DNA of 64,000 nucleotides from Trichosphaerium sp. ATCC 40318 (taxonomy: Eukaryota; Protista; Tubulinea). The position numbers and the translations under genes were made by a program. The DNA lies in assembly GCA_038496445.1 (NCBI GenBank), contig JALMLS010000568.1, positions 69,485 through 133,484 of the forward strand, written 5' to 3'. The notes beneath the pieces are model-generated. The model searched no databases and had not been told where the DNA came from. It was given only the letters and a program-made list of their open reading frames with translations. Shown here in pieces: positions 44,261-57,220 of this stretch; position 1 is the stretch's first letter; the number at the start of each line of letters is the position of its first letter.

Positions 44261-47200
44261 ATGGAGACCGATGACCGTGAAGATATATTTCCGCTTCCAC
44301 CGCGCGATTCATCTTCCGCTACATGGGATGACACAGCGAACACACAGCAGACAAAGATAGACGACATTGAAAATTCATTTCCGCTAGTTGCAATGGATTG
44401 TGGGGATATTGAAACTCCAGCACATTTCTATGGCGGTGAAGTTTCGAAACAGTATTTAACACCAGAACCTTGCGTTTTTTTGGTAAAGACCCTCAATAGT
44501 ATTAAAACTGACTGCTTTGTAGACCGTGAAAGAAGATGCACCAAAATGCTACGTACAGTGTACTATTGAAACGGAACCATGGCTATCACCTTTTAAACAA
44601 TTGAAGCTTAGAGAAAACAACAACCCAACGGGTACGCAGCGTTTAAGGGCCTTAAACTACGTAATTAGCTTTTCGTATAACGACAAACATCCTACAGGTT
44701 ACCATTTTTTTTTGCGTGACGTTTGGATCACGTGTTTTTATTTGGTTTTTTTTTGAAGCTGAAATTATGTTGCGGGTATAAATATGCGCTTGGATAGCGA
44801 AACGAAAGGTTTTAACACGTCCGTCTTCAGTTACGGCCATTCCATTTTCTAGTGCCACCCATGTGCTCTTCAGCAGTTCTACCTACTCTGAATGGACTCA
44901 ATCGTTAAACCAGTATCCTGTACCTAAAAAACTAATCTATTTGTAAAGATTACATTCGAAGAAATTTTGATGCAAACGGTGTTGCCACGTTTGATGGAAT
45001 TCAATTAGGTACCACTTACTGGTATTAACAATACAATAAATGATCGTTTGGATAGGAATTAACGTTAGATTGGATGGACATCCATTTAAGTTCGATGCAT
45101 GCCTCCGGTTTGGTGTTTTTTTGGTATGTTTTCTATATGATCACATATGTTTCTTACGATCTACTAAAGTGGCATTCGACAGAACCTTATAAGGAATTCT
45201 TTGTTAAAGTAACGGCTCATATGTGGATGGGTTGTTTAGAAACACACTTTGTGACACTTCTTTTGACAACATCATAGGCATTGACAAACCTACAATAACA
45301 AGTATCGCACCTGATGTTATTTTACTTAATTGTGGAATGCGGGGTTAGAAATGAAGAGTTTTGGAATGTTCTTACACCTTCTCTAGGAGCAATTACAGGA
45401 AGTAATTTTATGCCACCATCTACGATTTACTTTTATACGGAGCGAGGAATACTTGTGCATTGGTCCTGTGCACATGATCATCCCTCGTTATACATTAAAC
45501 AAGTAGAAATGGCAATACAACGTGAACCCTGCACACTGTACGCAAGAGTAGTATCGGGTATGTCAAATGCTCTCTACGTACATTGCTGATGTTCTGTTTA
45601 AGCTAATGGATGGTCGAAAAACCATGTTGCAGTTCGATATGTTACACACGAACAAATGACTCAAGGCTTTCGTGTTGGAGCTCCTGATGAGAATAAGTCA
45701 AGTTCCCCTCCAAGATATGACGTAAGCGACTTCCTGTTACTCGAGTCAGCAGAACAGACTGTGATCCTTCGCAAAGGTTTTGATTACGAATACACACTTT
45801 CTAAACTTGGTTCAAGTGGTAGCAATAGATGTACGTTGCGTCAAGCATATGTCACTTACAGAACTAGACGGAGATACCACACTTCATTTCGTAGCAGCAC
45901 ATGGTACAGTTGAAAATGCTGAAGATCTTCTTTCTAAAGGAGCATGTCTCGAATCTCAAAACGAACGAGGTGATACACCTTTATTCTGGGCAGTGGCAGC
46001 AAAAAATGCAAATGTACTTAAAGTTTTGATTGACAAAGGTACACAAACTTTGATATTATCTCATCGTATTACAAGTTCACTTTTACTTGGTAGGGGCATC
46101 AACACAAGCTGTAAACAAGGATGGTATGACACCTCGAAAACTTGCATCGCTGCTTGGATATAGTTTAGAAAATGGAAACGCCTATCATAACAAAGATAGC
46201 CATGTTAGGAACAAAAACGATCAGTGAGTATTAGAAACAATAACACTGCTTATTTTCTATTCTAGGGAAGAAGAGGTTGAAGAGGGCATACCGAAACAAG
46301 GTAACATACATTCAGGAATACTGGTTTTTTCTTGTTTTGACGCCGATTAGTAAAAAGATGTGTTAAAGAGACGCCTACAAGTGTTTTAAAAGCAGCAGGA
46401 GTTAAGGTACAGTTCAAAAGCAGAATATATTTTGTTGTTGTAATCGATTTGTTGCTTCTGAACCTATTACTTCTATAGTTTATTCCTACAAACAACATTG
46501 TATCTACATATGATATTGAGGCATATCTTGGAGGTGATATATACGGTGGGTTGTATAGTTTTGAGACTTGTTTTATTAACTTGTGTTCTTTTCATAGAGG
46601 TGTATCTGGCTGCCTTCAAGGGTGAGAGAATTGCTGTTAAGATTATTAAGGGATATACTGCCATTGATTCTGAAGGATTTACTGCTTTATTTCATAGAGA
46701 GGTTATGACATTGAAGTATTTACATCACGAAAACATTGTGAATTGTCTTGGATACACAGAAGGTACACATTTGTGATACTATTTGATATAAAGTAACGGT
46801 CATAAGGTGATATCACTATGGGAAATGCATCGATGAGTGTATTGGGTATTGTAGTAGAGCATATTCCTGGTCATGATTTAGCAACAATCATCGAAATACA
46901 AGAAGAATACCTTGCGAATTTAACAATACTTCAAAAATTTTGGAAATTGGTATCCATACTAAGACTATGCTAATGTGCTAAGTTGTTTTAGCCAAATTTT
47001 GTGTCTGAGAGTTTCAAACAAAGGTTGAAGGTTTTAAAAGGCATTGCTCTCGGTATGGAGCATTTACATAAATTAAATGGAGCTCACAGGAATTTAAGAG
47101 CCGAGAATGTATGAGACCATCATTACATTTGATCAACTTTAATGTTTTTGTTGTTTAGGTTATGGTACAGCCGGGAGGAAATGTAAAAATTATAGGCTTC

Positions 47201-48013
47201 GGTTTATCTATGATTTGTGGTACAAGTGCCAGTACTATACAAACTACCAGCTCACTCAATGAAACCCATGAGCAAATGGGTACACCAATGTGCGTTCAAT
47301 ATCAACGACAAAGACATCTTTTTGCACTTTACCAATGTATTCTTAAGATACATGGCTCCAGAAGTACACGCTCTCTTCCCTGACATTCCAGGAAAAGTAA
47401 CAATTAAAGCTTGGCAACAGTACGTACTTAAGCATGATGTAAAAAAAATTGTTTGTAGGGCGGATATATATGCGTTTGGTGTATTATGTTATGAGCTATT
47501 ATGCTCCAAACGCGCTTGGAGTGGTGTTATAGATACAACTGAGCTTGGGTATGAGTTATTCTGCACAATACTGAGATAATTAATGTTGTTTAGACGTCTT
47601 GTATTACAAGGGCAACGGCCACAGTTCCCTGATGAAATTTGGGAAAGAGTTGAGGAATCAGAACTGGCAATCTTGGCGCAAGACTGTTGGGAGTGTGATC
47701 CTAAAGATAGACCTACATTTGTTCATATTATTACTGTTCTAGATTACATTGAGCAGATGTACACGGATGAAGCACAATACTTAAGTGGTAAGTTGGGTTT
47801 TATTACAGACTATCTAAAGTGAAACACTAATACTGACAAAATACAAAAGACCATGATCCACTGGATGCAGTGCTCAAGTTAGCAACTAATAAAGCCACTT
47901 GTCAAAAGGAAATACAAAAATGCAATGCAAAATACCAAAAAGAATATTATGAGTGGCTGGCTACAGAAGCAAGGTACGACGCAAGAAGGAATTTTGATAA
48001 AGACACAAGCTAA
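44261..48013 (+). CDS. Pair 3 gene B: Ig-fold-like + IPT + ankyrins + pseudokinase
   Basis: AHFYGG...LTPEP, ATFDGIQLG, AHMWMG, KPTITSIAP, ITGSNFMPP, DGDTTLH. Kinase IAVK, HRNLRAENV, IIGFG, GTPMYMAPE, DIYAFG, CWECDPKDRPTF. 3' end approximate. Confidence 0.75.
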
Positions 48014-48358
48014 AGAAGGTGAAGGTGAAGGAAGAACAACAAATAGGCTTATTGGATAAAAGTTAATAAAGTGTTGTAAAGCGTGGTAATCTTTGCGTCT
48101 TTTATTGCCTGTTGCCCTCTGTGCTGGTTTCGAATCACTGTGTAGTAAGTCAGGTCTTGTTCTAGTTGCAACAAGGGTCTGTTTACAATAGTATGTAATA
48201 TACTTAGAGCAAACTCCAAGCAAACGGAGTGGTATTGGAAATCTACAAAGATAGTTTACTGGTTTAAGTACCATTAGCAATGGACATCACTTAGTATAAT
48301 TAGTAGTGAGGCCTGTAGCACGTGCAGCGATATCGAAATACTCTATCAAAGTGGAGGC

Positions 48359-49231
48359 TAGTGTTTAAACGACTGAAGTCAAGTCGACTCGACTCGACTG
48401 ACTCGCCAAGTCGACTCAAAATTTTGGAATCGGCTGACTTGGACTTGAAATGGCCTCAATTTCAGAAAAAATTAGAAAAAATACAGCGCCTAAGCACTTT
48501 GGTGGCATCACATTGGTGTGTCAAGTTACCGTTCACTCTATGTTGGTGCTGTGGCGCTTGTAGCGTATTCTCATAAAAACTCATTTTTGTTTAAAATTAG
48601 AATTTTCAAAGGCTCAAAGGGAGTAAGTACCCTTTGACTTGACGCTCGGATCACGCTGTTGACTCGACAATCAAAAAAAAAAATTGATTATCACATAACA
48701 CGTGATTTACAATTCTTTGTTCTATTTACTAATTACTATGTGTTTTTAGCGCTTATTCGCAGTCTGCTTTTATTAATGACAACTCAGCGGGACTCAAGTT
48801 TTGTCATATAGGGATGGTGATAATATGAACTTGGGGTTCTGTCGGGGCTAAAAACGTGCTCGAGTCGTGAGTGGTTTTTTTGTTCATTTAACATTATGAC
48901 TCCATGTCTGCCGGGGTAAAAGTGGTGCCGAGTCGGACTCAACTATTTGAGTTGTAGCTGACTAAGGTTAAAGAGCGGGATCAAGTCACAAAGGAGGTGT
49001 TTTTATTAACAGTTGACTAGTGTACATTTTACACTTGTGTCACGAGTCAGTATTCACTATGACTAGGGCTTGTGTCAGGTAAAAACATGCTCAAGTCACG
49101 AGTCAGTATGCGTTATGACTCCATGTCTGTCGGGGTAAAAATGGTGTTAGTCGTTACTCAACAATATTTACAATGGTACTATATATTGGGCGACTGAGTC
49201 GAGTCAGTCAAAAGTAGACTATTTAACACCA
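48359..49231. mobile_element. Degenerate non-autonomous DNA transposon (hAT-like ends) with GACTC-rich subterminal repeats
   Basis: The left end TAGTGTTTAAA...GACTCGACTCGACTGACTCGCCAA mirrors the right end TTGGGCGACTGAGTCGAGTCAGTC...TTTAACACCA. Four ~50-bp internal repeats (~48823, 48893, 49055, 49111). No clear TSD. Confidence 0.5.
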
Positions 49232-49629
49232 CCTTAATACAAGTATTATCCCCAATGATGACAATTAAGTTCTGATAATATACAAACCAGCAAAGGACTA
49301 GTACCGAAGGTCAAACCTTGCTACCAGAGCAAGGTTTGTGTTATTCAGGTGTTGTCAGTGCTAATAAATTATGAATATTGTAAAAAAATCAATCTAAAAG
49401 TTCTTACCAAGGCAACTAATAGTTCATTAGGCGCTCTAGTGCGCTGTCACAAGATATATTACCTCTAATTAACGCGCTCTTGTACGCCATCACTCTTATT
49501 TAGGAATACATAGTTGTTTAAGTAAGATGACTTACACTAACATTAGTTAAGTACCATTACTTACACACTAATAACACTAATAGCAGAAAACTAGAAATAA
49601 AAACCAGGTTTCAATTATCAATTGTTTAT

Positions 49630-50013
49630 TTAAGTGAGAATACAATCGCGCATTTGTACTTTAATACCAGCAATAATACAAGAATGTCCACGGCATTGGC
49701 CATTTCTCTTACACCATCTTCTTGAACTGTTAACTTTACCAGGCTCCAAGACAATGTGATCTGGGTTAGTACAAAAGGTACAATGACACAAGTGTGATGC
49801 ATCTACTAAAGTACGGGCCAAACCCGGATACCATAAGTAGTTGCCATCAAGCCCTTTGTCAAACAAAGTAATGCCCTTCTCCACATATAGAACTGTATGG
49901 GCTAGATTGAAAAGTCTGCTCATTTTTCTGGTTCTAAATACAGCACGGAGGTACCCTGCACTAGTGGTTGACCCTCTGGTGCACAATTTGCACCCGGTAT
50001 CTAGAATATACAA
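49630..50013 (-). CDS. His-Cys box (I-PpoI-like, His-Me finger) endonuclease ORF, intronless, lacks an in-frame ATG at its 5' end
   Basis: DASHLCHCTFCTNPDHIVLEPGKVNSSRRWC...CRGHSC matches the SHLCHxxxCxNPxHxxxExxxxNxxRxxC zinc-binding loop. Confidence 0.8.
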   Translation of the reverse strand: MYILDTGCKLCTRGSTTSAGYLRAVFRTRKMSRLFNLAHTVLYVEKGITLFDKGLDGNYLWYPGLARTLVDASHLCHCTFCTNPDHIVLEPGKVNSSRRWCKRNGQCRGHSCIIAGIKVQMRDCILT

Positions 50014-50246
50014 TAAGTTTCTGAGTGATTACTTTGCTTGTTTTGTTAAGGTATACACTTAAGCACACACACAATAACCCTAATAGTGACGCATTTGAAT
50101 ATAGATTTATACTTCAACATGTAAAGGATTGGACCTTGAGCTGTTTATAGTTGTAGTTTTATCAATCAATTCAGTATCAATGTCAATTTGGTTAAGTATG
50201 TGCACTTAAAATGAAATAGCCCGTATCAATATAACTCAGTGATTGA

Positions 50247-50950
50247 TTTTTTTTTTTTTTTTTTTTTGAAGTAGGTATTTGACAAGTCAAAGTTCCTCAG
50301 AGTCCTTAATCGGATCGCACATAAGTCACGGCGGCGTTAGCCGCCGTGTACCCTTCCCAAGGCGTGCAATGCACGCCTCTTACATGGGGTTGGGTAGTCT
50401 GAGTAAACCCACTGTTGTCCTTTCGGGTGGATCGAGATTCACCCCAGGACGGTATAATTAATAAATTATGTAATAGGCGGTTCTACAAACCTTCTATATA
50501 TACTGTCCAGTTCAGGACATTCAACATATTCTCCATCGCTATATTTCCACCAATCCTCGTGCTTTTTACATCTTGATATATATATATCATGCGCATTGTT
50601 AACCAAAATGTGTTGCACTTCTTTAAGTGTCTTGGTCACTATTTTCTTTTTAAAACTTTGCTCAATAATGCTATCAGAGAGACCAGCGGGTATGTACGCC
50701 TTAGCACCCAACTCCCGTACTTCAGCGGAAGGTGCATACCTAGCTTTAAAGCTGGCATGATCATTAGAGGACGGCCAAAACCTCTTGTACTTAACTCCAG
50801 GAAGATTATCTTCCATCACCTTTTTAATACGTTTAGCGTTGTGTACACGTATGTGTTCATGTTCAACACAGTCCGCTAGAATATGCATAGTGGTTTCCTC
50901 AGAGGGACAGAAGACACATACACCATCAGAGTACTTATGATTATGCATTG
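50247..50950 (-). mobile_element. 5'-truncated non-LTR retrotransposon (L1/Tx1-like ORF2 C-terminus, 3' UTR, poly(A))
   Basis: CVFCPSEETTMHILADC CCHC knuckle, HDIYISRC, terminal EPPIT*. ~200-nt UTR, then a 21-nt poly(A) (T run at 50247-50267). Confidence 0.85.
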
Positions 50951-50985
50951 TTGGTTAATGACATCAACTTAAAGTGAAATAGCCC

Positions 50986-51105
50986 GTATCAAAGTACAAC
51001 TTTTCAATCACTTTTGAAATGTGATTAAGGATGCGTACTTAAAATGTATCAAAGTACAACTTTTCAATCACCTTCAGAATGTGATTAAGGATGTGTACTT
51101 AAAAC
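50986..51105. repeat. ~60-bp tandem repeat, 2 copies
   Basis: GTATCAAAGTACAACTTTTCAATCAC...ATGTGATTAAGGATG(C/T)GTACTTAAAA occurs twice. Confidence 0.85.
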
Positions 51106-51579
51106 GTAATGACTCTAATGGTGGCAAATACAACATTGGTTGTCTGGTAACTGTGTTAAGTAGGTGAACTTAGATCGTAATAGCAACAATCAATCTAGTG
51201 AATTGTATTAAGCAAGGAAACTTAGTGTACAATGGCAACAATCAATCTTAGAGTAATGGCTATTCACTAGTGCTAAGTAATACAACTTAATGCAACATAG
51301 CACCAATAGGAGAAATAGAAAGATGGAAAAAAAGTAGGTAGTGTGAACATGGACCCTTGGTGTACACTATCATCACACTGTGGTATTGTCTTAATATGAT
51401 ATAGCCAGTATACTCAGTGATTGTATTATTGGTTAACGACATACACTTAATACGACATAGCCCCAATAGGAACAAATAAGTTGTATGACATTGCAAATAC
51501 CCTAATTAGTATTAGGTTTAGGGTTAAGTCTATGATATCCGTAGTTACATATCACTCAAGGAGTTCAAGTAAGAGACGT

Positions 51580-51699
51580 TAAGTAGTATCAGTAATTACA
51601 CCAATAGGGTTAAGTAATACAACAATTGCGCCACTGTGATTAAGTAATACAGCAATTGCACCACTTAGATTAAGAAATACAACAATTGCACCACTAGTG
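51580..51699. repeat. 30-bp minisatellite, ~4 copies
   Basis: TAAGTAATACAACAATTGCGCCACTGTGAT-like units in tandem. Confidence 0.8.
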
Positions 51700-52120
51700 G
51701 AGGCATCCTTTGCCAAGGCGCATCCAAATCGTCTGTAAAGGCTACGGAGGTAACTGAACAATAGTTGAATTAGCGATGTTCCAAACGAATAGAATACCGA
51801 ATATATCGCCAAAACGTAAAAAGTTGGAAATAGTCTACTATATAAACCTATTCGGTTTTTAGGTAAAACTAAGTCACGGTAGGCCTAACCGACACTTTTG
51901 TTGTGTGAAATTGTGCCAGTGGTGACGTTTTTTTGACAATTCGAGCCAATCTTGAGCCCACCACGTGATCTATTTTTTTGCTGGAAAACAAACGTTTTTG
52001 TTTATGGCATGAAGATATTCTAATTAGCAAATACCAGTATCACTAAATAGTTCTGACTAGTACAAATCTTTATTGTTACATGAAAAGTTTGAAATCTAAG
52101 AAAGTTCATCACTCAATCGT

Positions 52121-53619
52121 CTACTTGACTTCTGAAAGAAGCACTCATCGTTATTTTTTTTATCAGGAAAAAACGTACTTATCCTTCGTTTTTTTACCAC
52201 CCTGCACTTTTCTTGTTTTCTACTTGTGTCAGCAATGATAACAAGGAGAAAAAAAGTGCTTACGTATTATTTGAACGTCGCTTACTTTGAGGTTTCTGTT
52301 GTTTTTCTATGTTTCTTTTCTTTTTTTTTTCTATTTCATACTGGGCTTGCATTTGTTCTTCAGAATCGTAGAAAGATATATAGTCGTTTGTGTCCACAGT
52401 ACACCCTGCTCTTGCTCTACATGTTGTAACGTATATCGTGATCCACTTGACCGCTTGTGCACTTGGTTTATGCACAAAGGTAGCTTTGTATTTACCAGGA
52501 AAGGCAAAAGCAAGTATTATGTCATATTTGCTATTTTCAGGGCAAGAGTGATGTATCATCAACCCTTTTTTGGAATACTTTTCATTTAGTTCCTCGGAGC
52601 TCTCTCCGCAGCCAAAGGAGATCTCGTCAAACGAATCCCTTGACAGCTTTGGAGTGCCTGTTATAACAACCCTGTACTCTTTCATGGGCTTATTAAATAT
52701 GAGTTTGAGTGGTTTTCTTCTCTTTGGGTCAAGAGCAACTGACTTCCAAAATAATGAAGGTGTCTAGAACGTATTTTATAAAGGAATTGCGTATGGTATT
52801 TAACTCACCTTCACCCTTAGTTGCGTTACCATTATTGCTAGTATGTACTGCCCTTCGCTATACATATAATCTTCACCTGATGTGCTGTTAATTTTTGTTG
52901 ATGCGTGGCTCTGTATATCTGTTTGTTTCGTTTTCTTGGAGGCTGTTAACAGTTCTCTTGATGATGTTTGCATTAGCAGCAGTCCTTCACAGGTAGCCGT
53001 AAATTGTTGCCCTCCGGTCAAACTTCTAAAGAGACCAGAATGTTCGTTTGGTACCAAGTCACTTCTCGTCACGTGATTTTCAATACCGTATAAACTGGAA
53101 AAGTGCTTGTGGATATGATCTTTTTCGTTGTGGTAAATCTTAGCTATTGTGGCCGCTGTAAGATGCGCTTTCGTTCGAGCGTTAATATTAGCGCCTGCAA
53201 CTATTTTAGCGCCTAACAAGCAAACTTGGTCGAAAAATGTCGTGCCTTGTTCTATGAGGTAACGAATGATGTCCGTGTTTCCTTTTGATGCTGCTATGTG
53301 TAACGGAGTCTCACCCGATTTATTACTAAGGTTAACATCAATCCTTGTACAAAGCCTTTCAACCAATTTTAAATTGTTGTTTGAAACCGCCACATGTAAT
53401 AGAGTATCTCCATCTGGTGTTATGTCAAGAAAGAGCAATTATTGGTCAACTGTAGACGTGCGCTGCGTTTGTACATCCTGAAGTTGATTCGTAGGGTCAT
53501 TTATAGCGTCTCGCATTACTTTGCTGTCTTCATGGACTGCATGAAATAGTTTGAAAGTCTTGAATACGTTAGTCATCTCAAAATTTGCACAGGATTACCC
53601 CATCCGTCGTTTCAGTCAT
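52121..53619 (-). CDS. Pair 4 gene A: ankyrins + domain X + basic tail
   Basis: DGDTLLHVAV, GETPLHIAASKG; KGLMIHHSCP...YDIILAFAFPGKY...YISFYDS; KKKKRN. Confidence 0.75.
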
Positions 53620-53830
53620 CTCGCTTGATAACCATTTCGATATGTATTTTATAAGGTGCTAAGAGCAATTTCGCAGGATGAGGAACTATTTTCGTCAACT
53701 AAGTTCAATTCTCTGAAACATGAAGTTGAGGCCACCCTAATCATAGAACGAGAACAAGATCATCAAATGTAATTGTAAAACAAACGCCAACTAGCTACAG
53801 ATAATAAAAAAGGTCCCATAAAAAATACCA

Positions 53831-55706
53831 ATGTCGACGCCTTCAAACATTGTCGAACGACTTAAAAAGTTAAGTGACTTAAAAGTAAACTTCATCGCAA
53901 TACCAACGCGTTAATAGCAATCTAACACTTATGAATATGGCCCAGATTGAACTCTGCAATCCACTACATGCAGAGACGCTACTGAACTTCATTGGAAGCG
54001 ATGTGTATGACCAACAGCCGTATTTGACGCCTGCTCCTCAAATTAAATTGGTATTTGTCGTTTTTAAGTATTTGTTCGGTTGGAGTGACCACATTACTAG
54101 AACAACGAAATTGAGGAGTCGGATTACGTTATTAGGTGCACTGCTACGCCTATACAAATATGCCTCGCATTTGCTCACGCAGGGTGTTACCAAGTGAGGT
54201 TTCCTGCTGAAATTAATCCTTTGCGCAAAGTTAAACTACGTGGGGAAAAATGTGAAGGCGAGCATGACAATTGTAGCTATATACTTATTATTTTTAGATT
54301 GCGTTTACCGAGGTTTTTGTGGTGGTCTCGCGACGTTTGATAAGCTCCAATTGGGTAACTTGTTATTGACTTTTTGAACACAAGTATTAATAGTTTAAGG
54401 TCTTTTGCGTCATCACGAAGATGACCAATTTGCATTTCGCTGTGAGCTTCAGTTTGAATTGTTACGGGTTCGTTGTTTACAATTTTTTGGTTGCTCTAAA
54501 AATTATGTTTATTTTAGAAAGATAGACTCGATCAAGTGATAACAGCTGTTTCAATGAATGTTACAGCGCACGCGTGGATAGGTTAGTGATTTGTTATCAA
54601 GCATGACTTTATCGCATTTAACACATTCAAGGCAAATCACTACTTCCGCCTCGTATTGATTGTATTTCGCATCCTCAAATAATAGTCGGACAGCACGTGA
54701 CAAGTAAGTTAGACGATACTTCTTTGGATAATTCTATTTTTAAGGTGCTATGATCTCTGGGAAAAGATTAGTAGGTCCATGCAAGGTTTTCATCTCAGAC
54801 TCTGAGACTCAATCAGTTTCAAATAAAGCCGCTGCAGTTATTACAGGCATAAATATTCCAGTTGAGTATAGTCCAACAGTGAAAAGGGTGAGAGTATTGT
54901 GTTGTAAGTAATTGTGTTTCTGATGAGCACATGTACTAATTTTGAAACAAGTGAATGGGTACTCGAATGAAATAGAAGTCCAGTACATTGCATTACCATC
55001 ACCATCACTGTCTAACAACACAAGTAAACGTGATCAAAACATGTTATTCATATTTACACGGCATAGATTTCGTTGAGGAGGAAACACATATCGATTATTT
55101 GAAGTGTATTTCTGTCCATAGTAATTTCGCGTTTGACTATACTTTCAGTATCCTGGGGCCTATTAATCAAAGTCAGAGTGCGTTTATCGATATTGAAACA
55201 TAACTAAACATAGCTAGATGGAGAGACTGCACTTCACTTTGCAGCAGCCTATGGGACTGTAGAAAACATAAAGACTCTTCTTACAGAAGGTGCATCCCTC
55301 GAAGCTACTAATCACAGAGGTGATACTCCTCTATTCTATGCTGTGGCAACAAAAAATATTGATGTTCTTAAATTCTTGCTGGCTAGCGGTGCGAAAATAT
55401 AAATTAAGTGCCTCTAAATGTTAATGGCTCATTATCATTGTAGGAGCATCGATTGAAGCTGTAAACAAAGACTTTCTATCACCGCCCAAAATCGCGGCAT
55501 TTTTGGGGTATGATATCCATGCTTACTGTGAGAGTTATAACACCAAGAATATCAGCTCTCAATATGCCCTCGTGCAGCATAAAGAAACTGATAATTTAAT
55601 CACATGCATTGAAGAGTTGAATAATGAGACTGCCGTAAAGAATATTGCTACTAAATTACTATCACAGAAAAAAAGCACCATTATCCATGGTAGATTATCC
55701 AAATGA
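53831..55706 (+). CDS. Pair 4 gene B: Ig-fold-like + IPT + ankyrins + short tail
   Basis: LLNFIG...YLTPAP, ATFDKLQLG, AHAWIG, PPRIDCISHP, DGETALHFAAAYG, GDTPLFYAV. Stop at 55706 with no large effector domain. Confidence 0.72.
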
Positions 55707-57220
55707 GGCTACGGGAGCAAATACGAGATATACTAGACATTGATGGAGCATTTATTGTTACCTTTAAACGAAAGCCATGGACGTTAACACATTATACAGC
55801 GGACTCTGTTTTTTTTTCTTAGTTGCCACTATTTTTGTTCATTGTACTTGTAAAATAACCATATTCAGATTACTGTTCTTGGCATTATAACGCCACCAGG
55901 TTGCTCATAATTACTTCATCAAAACAGCGAAAAAACCTGTGAAGTTCAAAATAAAACTTTCTCAAATAATAAGCACAAATCTACGTTATTTATTGTTAAG
56001 ACTACTTCCAGGTGTCAGCTTTGGTATAACAAGTGTTGGAACCTCTTTACTAGGGACTTAGGTTTTTCTGGTGTCTCGTTTTCATTGAGATCATCACACC
56101 CCAATACTGGTACGATATTGGCCGGTTCTAGAAAGCCTTTGTTTACAGCTGTAATCAGTGCTCCTGTAGATAATGTTAACGCGTTGAAAAGTGCTTAGTT
56201 TATTTTCGTACCTTTAGTGTTCAAGCGATCTGTTCTTAGTGCAGCCCCTCCATCTAGCTATGTTTAGTCATGTATAAGTACCAATAAACGCACTATTGGT
56301 AGGCCCCATATTACTGATATCATAGTAAGACCCAAAAGTGTTAAACGTGCCCTGCCTTTGATTGATAGGTTCCAGGGTATCCTCTAAAGTAAGAATTGTA
56401 AACCCGTCGCCCGTTTCTTCCTCAATATTGTCTATGCTGTGTAAATACGATATTATAACATATTTTGATTATACTTACTTGCGGTGCTGGTGGGTATTGA
56501 TGGTGGTGATGATAATGCAGTGTAGTGGACTTCTATTTCATTCGAGTACCCATTCACTTGTTTCAAAATTAGTACATGTGCTCATCAGAAACACAATTAC
56601 TTACAACACAATACTCTCACCCTTTTCACTGTTGGACTATACTCAACTGGCATATTTATGCCTGAAATAACTGCAGTGAATTCATTTGCAATTAATTGAG
56701 GTGCAGCGCCCGAGTCTGAGATGAAAACCTTGCATGGCCCTACTAACCTTTTCCCACGGATCATAGCACCTTAAAAGTAGAATTATCCAAAGAAGTATCG
56801 TCTAACTTACTTGTCACGTGCTGTCCGACTATTATTTGAGGATGCGAAATACAATCAATACGAGGCGGAAGTAGTGATTTGCCTTGAATGTGTTAAATGC
56901 GATAAAGTCATGCTTGATAACAAATCACTAACCTATCCACGCGTGCGCTGTAACATTCATTGAAACAGCTGTTATCACTTGATCGAGTCTATCTTTCTAA
57001 AATAAACATAATTTTAGAGCAACCAAAAAATTGTAAACAACGAACCCGTAACAATTCAAACTGAAGCTTACAGTGAAATGCGAATTGGTCATCTTCATGA
57101 TGACGCAAAAGACCTTAAACTATTAATACTTGTGTTCAAAAAGTCAATAACAAGTTACCCAATTGGAGCTTATCAAACGTCGCGAAGCCACCACAAAAAT
57201 CTCGGTAAACGCAATCTACG
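54294..57220. repeat. Inverted near-identical duplication, arms ~54294-55000 and ~56500-57220
   Basis: Exons and introns are nearly identical in reverse complement (e.g. CGCGACGTTTGATAAGCTCCAATTGGGTAACTTG...). Confidence 0.9.

Noticed and set aside
51512-51528. TTAGGTTTAGGGTTAAG as telomeric repeat
   Set aside because: Too short and degenerate.
51580-51699. 30-bp repeats as a CRISPR array
   Set aside because: Contiguous tandem units with no unique spacers, eukaryotic context and no cas genes.
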